Positions 59,401-64,000 of a stretch of 64,000 nt of DNA are shown here, in pieces (the first letter of the stretch is position 1; the number at the start of each line of letters is the position of its first letter). This stretch comes from Candidatus Komeilibacteria bacterium (GTDB taxonomy: Bacteria > Patescibacteriota > Patescibacteriia > UBA1558). A program made the position numbers and the translations under genes. The stretch is from contig JBLYPX010000001.1 of the NCBI GenBank assembly GCA_048538235.1, forward strand, positions 136,013 to 200,012, given 5' to 3'. The notes below the pieces were generated by a model. That model was given only the letters and a program-made list of their open reading frames with translations, did no database searches and was not told the DNA's origin.

Positions 59401-59431
59401 TTCCATTTCTCCAGCACAAAATATTGAATAA
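50486..59431 (+). CDS. Giant surface protein 2 (2981 aa): paralogous T4SS-pilin-like N-terminal module, at least 8 IPT/TIG domains, Myxococcus-type Cys-rich repeats, beta-rich regions and a CBM4/9-like domain
   Basis: N-terminus about 65% identical to the upstream protein. IPT/TIG consensus 'P.I..I.PDNG.VG.YITI.G.NFG' recurs at least 8 times. 'CGDGLIASGETCDDGNTVSGDGCSNVCE' and 'CGNGEIEAGETCDSC...' Cys repeats. 'FEMDDNSD...GNYAVQI...VAWIDNVQLE' carbohydrate-binding-module-like jelly roll. Confidence 0.65.
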   Translation: MNKRYSKYIVPVITIILLMVPFAIFASTDFGISDVDVGLGDNDVKSIATNIISIVLSFLGIIAVGFVIYAGFLWMTAGGNADRVDKAKKILIRAAIGIVIILSSYAIASFVISSISGATGDGTDGTGGTNPPGGGFGGGEANLIIRNWQPYDGATGTARNILVRVYFNKTIDASSVASSDFTFTNTSNNTAVNFNVTVVGSRIDIQPLIACEVEGVDYCLGNTQGYTVSVANGSITSLDNKDLVCTTGCSTDFVTSDYIDVMPPVVSLVNPQDNDTFSVAANVPIEAQATDDRGMVAALTFLADNEEVLPEGTDGAEPWLGLFSTAAYDEGDSIDISAVAEDLSGNIGRSGAVDIRILPEHCFNQTKDADETNIDCGGSCGACLGESCNSSSGVDSCEPNDALCGQGVCNLDCICASAPIITNISPDNGAVGNYITIIGEEFGSSTGQVVFLGSADFGDEIVSSLAGCDTAWSPWQVIVEVPEGVVSGGIKIITNSGSFDTTLDDRGWQGDFTLNETVRPGICGITPEAGTALSTVDIAGTQFDESKDRVVIGGVSVSNSDISLWSNNNITSLVPNLQQGKVSVAVGVGDELSNPVQYEVVPDILVPSISYIEPDNGPVGTYITIHGNNFGYNESNVLVNFVNNSTTIPADIDFPEMCGDYSVENTEIVVKVPEGVTLGLWNVVVNRDLKDSQPASFDVNEDVLSPGLCLLEPNNGPVGTIIDAYGEGFGSTGQISFFDNIIAAISNWTGIHIGSQVPAAASTGPVQVTSGSGGVSNSINFAVGSCDANSCSVGDECCSDGICREIGLCEQSLGAGEYIWSFTTGQQLPPFIVEEVWPLCDEACINTMIGVKFSNPVDLESLTDISVDVKQCTDENCSAFVTEVGYTENDVPVGYYDDTNYILSINPSANLVPQTYYRVVLKSGSLGIVNTEGGYLENMNYSSSGGEVDSYSWIFRTGVDECTLDNVEVLPDERTITSQEERLNMSAYAYSEPDDCSPRGQMLDPAEFAWTWQSTNVGTATVAGTLNEGIVTPIWGHPADVSIISTADGVSGNAQITVDMDIPRIDNISPDNGMIQADLKTYVTVHGDNFGDEQGSTVVLVGGIEAKIADCSSAWSNTQIVIEMPLSTSTGDRIKIIKTGGDDESDPFTVNSIIRPALCSIDPNYGIEGTSVTLEGYNFGDTQNDGMVFFDQLGVDSISSWSNTKIKASVPANAATGPVTVNVLGNDSNSLVFSLEPYISGLNPDNGAVDSYVTVYGGNFGDEQGSGYVLIGGRRAYLAPCLGSWSNTSIIVQVPSSLSLGNRKVQVITHYGIGSNEVNYEVKDVPANPLLCEVNPNWAANNEQVGLLGDNLGRAPRLSDQIEVDTDLGASYTNSSGNSCMSNNGSYVSGCSNYWVEYQFNFTDSNYYNAWAETSNYSTDLTDQSIYHNVNIYIDGTYAGYFSNIASLDHQFGGVDLGWVNAGVHTIRYYWTNDWCGGCSNGTGDSNIRIYNVGINTGIPTSYPVFTRNYTASTEGWSNSSVLTRIDSEIQSGPVSVIKEVVTGQQCAGFHIGSWCPGGVYEDITENIESNSVDFNKGCVIGTTSSREENYIPTVAANSEAVGTLATDGTYIYGKSWSSYDEYDVVISKIGTGYNNTVLGEDYGDLAIVSSSITMTYHPDGYIYNGYSSDGHSLQRINVATGVVDNSVVITDGLLNRNTGNTYSEARGDNLVTSDGTYIYNLAFGTHACPNNYSSRCYDGFKVRVFDPMNNWKLVREWETTTNGSFYTDGIVADGKYIYAIEWGGLHRIRMMDIQTGEYIAQWISEQGRPTGQGNDIISGQYDWVNDRIWLGDLVDHSRYPGPAYIYKYTSCHDYDVNDIIIEDEGYCGDGLIASGETCDDGNTVSGDGCSNVCEIELSDLQADINYEVGWKYWSSNNWVHVDFRDTYSNPVLILSPVKHEGGDTATFRIKNLSSSGFDFRLQESNSHDDPHCCDKEVYYFVAEAGVYQLEGGITIEAMNTVLDSVTPNYTQLPYDIEFTEVPTTLSQVITSGDGNDPNFDPKGTINYIKTRQNNVSANSFYIALETDTTYSTHVPETVSWLAITQTDGNLNNSLFESKTINNLINNDTSNITFDNSFARPTFFANSLTINDPAPGVLRWIALEPTSVGVRFENDDSSIHATPEDINYLVINLPENIDPPAPDTCGNGEIEAGETCDSCPDDVGECSDSDLCGNFSLDTGEACDISEVGDPILGGQTCDSLEGFSGGNLDCSVNCELITDACVIGNPASNICLNTEISAEFDSLMDQSSFAGNVHFEKVTNTCETGSNIGNACDTDEDCGDGVCDLDVVVSYDLENLPPNDSQYSKLYIYPENGLLDINSEYRATVRGGTSGVQDIEGYTLAADYVWPFYTGDTECLISRVEIEPSSYQFNSADEIVNFTVHGYDENGISVIGDYSWSIQGNADLLNIVGGNTQTVQVSPTDTGNGELSLEASVYASEDSQGVAQAPIDIFMCNIPWNYENKTYNFKTRYCRGEGVNHVYNSGFEMDDNSDLRPDVWFDDIYDEDWQDISLVSSDLEGGGNYAVQINNLQDDRSVGDRTGIASGIIDVKDAIYTLSAQIKGETNGQLAYFGLKFMNENGQALGGNGGYHYPVLNHASISDEWTLYSASFRPSELFTGTEKVQVVFILAGSDELDKHVAWIDNVQLELGSEVSVYEESNLLPSLNISPDAASGDELLNRLFLQSDYNIPDAIGLRVFTNFEHQAPIVWYQDNVTNIGNPATIDVGGYSALQEGRTTYVNAANNSSNNIYTNIFVLSYTDGANATTQDIFTQMYENWTFNSNIDSYYEKQQLARDTKRFENIVQMSEQLDDYYQLNGGYPQLQAGTYLAGTTVSVWDSWNATFGAELGGVPVDPINEHGLCNGAYDPITCWNPDDLRYVCPLNSYVYRYDYVNSDYYLYSNFEYEGVVWKGDFDLTIASNPQCDNVILNNGVMSSISPAQNIE

Positions 59432-59488
59432 AATTATATTATTATATAAATATACGGTATAATTAATAGCAAGTTAATATATAAATAT

Positions 59489-62400
59489 ATGAAAAGAAAA
59501 ATTATTACAATTATGACTGTTATGGCATTTATTTTTACTTTAATGCCACAATCATATGTTAGTGCTCAAACAATCGATCAGTGTGAGCAAGTTTTAGCAT
59601 CAGGACAACCAGAATTGTCTACTTGGGAAGATGATGCAGGAGCAACGCCTGCTAATAATTTTTATTTCATGGATAAACTGGGTGACTGGATAAAGCTCAG
59701 ACTTTTTTCTTTTACCAAGGATGCAAGAATTAATACTTTGTTAGATCAGGCACAAGAAAGAGTAGGCGAGCTTGAACGTTTACAGAGGCAGAACAATCTT
59801 AAACCTAGTTATGTTAATAGAATTGTAGATAGCTACAATAATATTATGGCAGAAGTTAGTACGAGATTATCTAATATGCAGGGCGATGGTGTAGATATGA
59901 CAGATATAATCTCTAGAGTAACAATACTAAGTGCTAAAAATAAAACTATTATAGCTGGTATTTTATCTAAGGTTTCTGCACAGAACTATAATACAATACA
60001 GTCTGCATATAATCAGTCTGGTACAGCGTTTTGTGAAGTTGTAGATAGTTGGGTTTCAAGAGAGAATCAATGTAATGATACTATTCTATTAACACAAGAG
60101 AGTTCTAATTCATTTAATAATATTGCAGGCGAGATAGCCAATGTTGGAGAAACAAGTTCTTCAATAGAAAGTTCATTTGAACAAGTTAGTTCGTATTTAG
60201 ATAGAGTGGAAAATATTAGTGTAGATATAAATAATAGTAAAGAAGATTTTAGTGGAGCTGTTAGTAGTTCTAGTTTGAGCTTAAGTGATAAAGAACAAGT
60301 ATTAAATGATAAGCTAGATGATTTTAGAGGGGATTATTTTTACCTTTTAAATAATCAACCTCAAGTAGATACTGCTATTAGATCTATCATAAGCTATAGA
60401 TTAAACGACAACCCTAGAAGTTTAGTTGCAAGAGCTAGGGCTAGCGCTGCTTTAATGGATGTTGCTTTAAACAATGCAGAAGTGGGAGCAGACATTGCAT
60501 ATATTGAAAATATAATGTCTGTTAATCTGTCTGAAGATAAAGATTTAAATGATTTATTAGATAATTTAAAGTCTGCAAAAGAAAGTAGTTTGCAAACTGA
60601 AATAAATACGCTATCTTCATTAGTTTCTTCACAACAGGATGAAATTGAAGCATTAGAAGAAAGTAAAAATGTCTGTAGGAGTTTAAAGAACGATTTTTCA
60701 GAAATATTAGACAGGTTAGATACTGGAAGATTTTCTCAGGCTAGAAATGGTGTCTTAGCTTTACAAGCTGAAGCTAGTAATTTAAATAGCACATATTTAC
60801 CAGCTTGTGGAATGATGCCAGTTATAGACACTCTTTATGATATTCTAATTAATGGTAATGCTTTGGACCCAAATAATAGTTGTAGTAGTCAATCATATAT
60901 AGATAATTATGTAGCTGAGATAGTTGCTTGGGGAGAGGATCGTTTAGCATTATGGGATACAATGTTAGATCAACACGATGGTATTGTAGATGAATTGAAC
61001 AGTCAACTAGATTCATATGAAATGATAAGTGTAAATAAGGGATCAGTTGCAACAAGTTTAGATTCACACTTTTCTTCCTATGCAAATGTTAATGCTGCAC
61101 AAGTTTCTTCAGCTGAATTAGATAGCATTCAAACTGAAATAGGAGATTTAGAAAGAAGATTAAATTCGGCTGAATCAGATGTGGTGGATTATGAAGGATA
61201 TAAGAATAATGCTAATGCGTCTTTACAGGTTGCTAATAGTTCATATGTTGAAGCGCAAACAGCTGTAAGTAAGGCAGAGTCAGAATTGCAAACAGCAGAT
61301 ACTAATGTGAAGCAGGCACAAGCCGCAGCAGATCAAGCAAGAGCAGATTACCTAAAAATAGAACAATCTTTAAATGAACTTAATACAATTAAAAACAGTA
61401 CATTATCTGAATTAAACGCTGCTAAAGATTCGCTTGATGCATTAAATACAGAAAAAGTTGATTTAGAGAAACAGATTGATACTTTAAAAGTTTCTTTAAA
61501 TAATAATTTTAGTATAGCTTCTATTAATCAAGATAACTTTCAATTGGAAGAAGAAATCTTATTGGACCTATCTGAAGATATTAATTTTGATAGAAGTGCA
61601 GTTGAACTAGAGGCTTTAGATGCAGAATTAAAAAATTTAAATGAAGACATAGTGTTAAAATCTGCAGAAGTAGATCAATTACAGTCAAATTACGACAAGG
61701 TGTTAGCAGACTATAATTCTACTTTAACAGAATACAATAATAAAGAAGACGATGTGGTTCAGGCAGATTTTGGAGTATATGCAACTACGCAGGTTTATAC
61801 ACAAAAAGAAAGTGCATATAATTCTGCAGTATCTGGTTTGAATACAATCTCTAACAATTTAAATAGTCTTCAAGCTAGTTATGATGCAGCTGTATCAGAT
61901 TATACAGAAGCTGTTGTTTTAAGAGATATTATTAGTAGTGATTTAGATAATAAGAATAATGAGTATAATAATGCGGTTGCTAAAGCTGTGAAACTTGAAG
62001 TTATTAGACAGGAACTAGATTCGTTCATTACAGATAAATTTGATAGCACAGTCAGTAATTATAGAACTAGCGTTGATTCTTTAGGAGTTTTAAACAATGA
62101 TTGGAAAACTGTTGCCTTTGAATATAATGAAATAGCAGATAATATTGCAGACTTAAGAACTACTATGAATGGAACAAATCTTGCTAATATTAGAACTGAG
62201 CTTAATAGCATGAAGACATTAGCGGGCAACTTGGAAACTATGGTTGAATATAATATGCCAGCTCAACAAATTAGTAATCAATTAGATACAATAGATAGAT
62301 TAGTAAGTATGAGAATGCTTGGACAAGCTAGGATAGATAATATCAAAGCATCGGTTCAAACGAGTGTGGTAAATTTACAGAATATTACTTGTTCCGAAGC

Positions 62401-62917
62401 TCAACCATTATATAATCAAGGTATAACAGATATTTGTAATAACTTCTCTATTGGAGATTATCTTAATACTTGTGATGTTATAAACAATTTAGAAATTCAA
62501 ATCGTAGATACTTGTCAGTTACAACCTGTAAATAATTGTGGTAATACAATCGTGGATGATGGAGAACAATGTGATGACGGTAATAAATTATCTGGCGATG
62601 GTTGTAGTGCATTATGTCAAAGTGAAATAACATCATATTGTGGTGATGGCCGCATTCAAAGACCAAATAGTTTTGGTGTGAATGAAGAATGTGAGAATGT
62701 ACCAGCAAATAATGAAGACGGTGATGGTTGTTCATCACAATGTACGAATGAAGTTCAAGCAGTTTGTGGTGATGGTATTTTACAACAACCAAATAGTAAT
62801 GGTTTTAGTGAACAGTGTGATGATGGTAATAGGTTTGCTGGTGATGGCTGTAATAACCTATGTCAGCTAGAAAGAGGTTCACAAAAAACTATAAACATTA
62901 GAAGAACAATTCCATAA
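59489..62917 (+). CDS. Secreted giant coiled-coil protein (1142 aa) with three C-terminal Myxococcus-type Cys-rich repeats
   Basis: Signal peptide MKRKIITIMTVMAFIFTLMPQSYVSA|Q. Heptad-like helical low-complexity sequence for about 950 aa. C-terminal 3x 'CG.G....GE.CDDGN...GDGC...C..E'. Confidence 0.6.
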   Translation: MKRKIITIMTVMAFIFTLMPQSYVSAQTIDQCEQVLASGQPELSTWEDDAGATPANNFYFMDKLGDWIKLRLFSFTKDARINTLLDQAQERVGELERLQRQNNLKPSYVNRIVDSYNNIMAEVSTRLSNMQGDGVDMTDIISRVTILSAKNKTIIAGILSKVSAQNYNTIQSAYNQSGTAFCEVVDSWVSRENQCNDTILLTQESSNSFNNIAGEIANVGETSSSIESSFEQVSSYLDRVENISVDINNSKEDFSGAVSSSSLSLSDKEQVLNDKLDDFRGDYFYLLNNQPQVDTAIRSIISYRLNDNPRSLVARARASAALMDVALNNAEVGADIAYIENIMSVNLSEDKDLNDLLDNLKSAKESSLQTEINTLSSLVSSQQDEIEALEESKNVCRSLKNDFSEILDRLDTGRFSQARNGVLALQAEASNLNSTYLPACGMMPVIDTLYDILINGNALDPNNSCSSQSYIDNYVAEIVAWGEDRLALWDTMLDQHDGIVDELNSQLDSYEMISVNKGSVATSLDSHFSSYANVNAAQVSSAELDSIQTEIGDLERRLNSAESDVVDYEGYKNNANASLQVANSSYVEAQTAVSKAESELQTADTNVKQAQAAADQARADYLKIEQSLNELNTIKNSTLSELNAAKDSLDALNTEKVDLEKQIDTLKVSLNNNFSIASINQDNFQLEEEILLDLSEDINFDRSAVELEALDAELKNLNEDIVLKSAEVDQLQSNYDKVLADYNSTLTEYNNKEDDVVQADFGVYATTQVYTQKESAYNSAVSGLNTISNNLNSLQASYDAAVSDYTEAVVLRDIISSDLDNKNNEYNNAVAKAVKLEVIRQELDSFITDKFDSTVSNYRTSVDSLGVLNNDWKTVAFEYNEIADNIADLRTTMNGTNLANIRTELNSMKTLAGNLETMVEYNMPAQQISNQLDTIDRLVSMRMLGQARIDNIKASVQTSVVNLQNITCSEAQPLYNQGITDICNNFSIGDYLNTCDVINNLEIQIVDTCQLQPVNNCGNTIVDDGEQCDDGNKLSGDGCSALCQSEITSYCGDGRIQRPNSFGVNEECENVPANNEDGDGCSSQCTNEVQAVCGDGILQQPNSNGFSEQCDDGNRFAGDGCNNLCQLERGSQKTINIRRTIP

Positions 62918-62936
62918 AATATTAAATAAAAATATT

Positions 62937-63680
62937 ATGTTTGAAGATTTACAATCAGATCAACAGGCTGGTGTACCAAAACCAGAACCAGTAAATACAC
63001 CTAAACAGCCACCAATGGCGCCAAAGCCAGAACAGGCAGGGGAGATAGAAGACATCTTAGCAGATGTTGATTCTTCAGCTCCTTCAGTAACTCCAAAACA
63101 ACCTCCAATGCCAGCACAGCCTCCTGTGCAAGATATTGGTCCAGCTCAACCTTTAACAGATTTACCAGGCGCTGAAGTAATGGATAAGAGTAAACGTTCA
63201 GGCGGATCAAAGAAATTATTCTATTTAGTTGGAATTGTTGTGGTAGCCGCTATCGTTATTATTGGTGTTATCAAATTCACTTCTTCTGCAAGTTATGATG
63301 AGTATGAAAACTTTGTAACAGAGCCAGTTGTTAATAATCAAGTAACAGATAATACAGAAGATACAACCGAGCCAGAAGTAATAGATGAGCCAGAAGTTGT
63401 TGATGAGGTTGTAGAAAAAGATATAGTAGATGATGATGGCGATGGTATAACTAATGAACAAGAATTAGCAATTGGAACCGATCCATTTAATCCAGATAGT
63501 GATAATGATGGTTTATTTGATAAAGAAGAGGTGGTAACTTATGGAACAGATCCACTAAATGAAGACTCAGATGGCGATGGATATTTAGATGGTGCTGAAG
63601 TAAAAGCAGGATATAATCCAAGCGGCCCAGGCGAATTATTGAAATTACCACCATTAGATAATGGAACAAATAATAATTAA
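62937..63680 (+). CDS. Bitopic membrane protein: Pro-rich N-terminal region, one TM helix, acidic linker, thrombospondin type-3-like Ca-binding repeats
   Basis: PKQPPM repeats. TM 'LFYLVGIVVVAAIVIIGVI'. 'DDDGDGITNEQE...DPFNPDSDNDGLFDKEE...DPLNEDSDGDGYLDGAE' are Dx[DN]xDGxxD motifs. Confidence 0.55.
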   Translation: MFEDLQSDQQAGVPKPEPVNTPKQPPMAPKPEQAGEIEDILADVDSSAPSVTPKQPPMPAQPPVQDIGPAQPLTDLPGAEVMDKSKRSGGSKKLFYLVGIVVVAAIVIIGVIKFTSSASYDEYENFVTEPVVNNQVTDNTEDTTEPEVIDEPEVVDEVVEKDIVDDDGDGITNEQELAIGTDPFNPDSDNDGLFDKEEVVTYGTDPLNEDSDGDGYLDGAEVKAGYNPSGPGELLKLPPLDNGTNNN

Positions 63681-63685
63681 AATAA

Positions 63686-64000
63686 ATGTTTACAGATAAC
63701 AAAAACCAAACAACAACTGGTAGTCAGTTAATAGATAATGCTGGTCCTCAGGCTAGTCAACCAGCTGGTAATAGTATGACTGGCGAGATATATACTATGC
63801 CAAGAGCGGATGGTCCAGTAAAACCAGCTAAGGCTAAAAGTTCTCCAAAGCTTATGTTTATCATAATAGCTATTGTTATTATTGCTATTGTTGGAGTTGG
63901 TTTTTGGTTCTATTCAACAATGACTGTAGTGCCAGAAGATAATCTATTAATAGATCAAAATTTTAATACAGATAATTTAATTCCTCCTATTGTTGATGAA
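63686..64000 (+). CDS. Partial ORF (runs off window end): low-complexity N-terminal region, then a TM helix; probable paralog-type bitopic envelope protein
   Basis: ATG at 63686 in an open frame to the window end. TM 'LMFIIIAIVIIAIVGVGFWFY'. Confidence 0.35.
   Translation, partial: MFTDNKNQTTTGSQLIDNAGPQASQPAGNSMTGEIYTMPRADGPVKPAKAKSSPKLMFIIIAIVIIAIVGVGFWFYSTMTVVPEDNLLIDQNFNTDNLIPPIVDE

Noticed and set aside
47565-59431. Interpreting the giant proteins as RHS/YD-repeat or polymorphic toxins
   Set aside because: No YD/RHS repeat pattern, no PAAR or RHS core, and no obvious C-terminal toxin/immunity pair. The domain content (IPT/TIG, propeller, CBM, Cys-rich repeats) is adhesin-like.
1-64000. 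CRISPR arrays, transposases or integrases, prophage genes, toxin-antitoxin pairs
   Set aside because: No short regularly spaced direct repeats. No ORF with DDE transposase, tyrosine or serine recombinase, or phage structural motifs was seen, including at the borders of the GC-rich island.

Overview
This is an AT-rich (about 30% GC), gene-dense bacterial chromosomal segment. Most of it is housekeeping genes: rpoD 3' end, rlmN, tsaC, parAB, rel, topA, folC, dprA, mfd, pth, der, lepB, hisS, rpsU, a type IV pilin gene, ten tRNA genes and an ABC-2/GldG-like transporter. Three accessory features stand out.

- **Giant surface-protein cluster (47.5-64 kb).** Two adjacent giant ORFs of 973 and 2981 aa begin with about 65%-identical N-terminal modules. 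Each module is a signal peptide followed by a two-helix hairpin resembling conjugative/T4SS pilins (VirB2/TrbC-like). Each is fused to a different large extracellular part: a Vgb/NHL-like beta-propeller in one, and an IPT/TIG array with Myxococcus-type Cys-rich repeats and a CBM-like domain in the other. They are followed by an 1142-aa secreted coiled-coil protein carrying the same Cys-rich repeats and by bitopic proteins with thrombospondin-type-3 Ca-binding repeats. This is a candidate previously undescribed cell-surface attachment apparatus.
- **GC-rich island (17.9-20.9 kb).** A three-gene envelope-protein operon of about 3 kb at roughly 45% GC, each gene with a strong SD and the operon ending in a terminator, sits inside a surface-glycan locus (Wzz-like, O-antigen-ligase-like, three GT4, GH114-like/FG-GAP fusion).
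- **Interrupted tRNA-Phe(GAA).** A tRNA gene carries a 179-nt intervening sequence at the anticodon-loop/stem junction. It lies next to an atypical tRNA with an extended anticodon arm and two initiator-like tRNA-Met genes.

Smaller oddities are a CheY-like receiver lacking its phospho-acceptor Asp, a probably frameshifted beta-lactamase-fold gene, a human-MTH1-like Nudix enzyme, a short Rel, and perfect palindromes at the tRNA-operon and rpsU promoters. The content suggests a Patescibacteria/CPR-like organism, but that is inference only.
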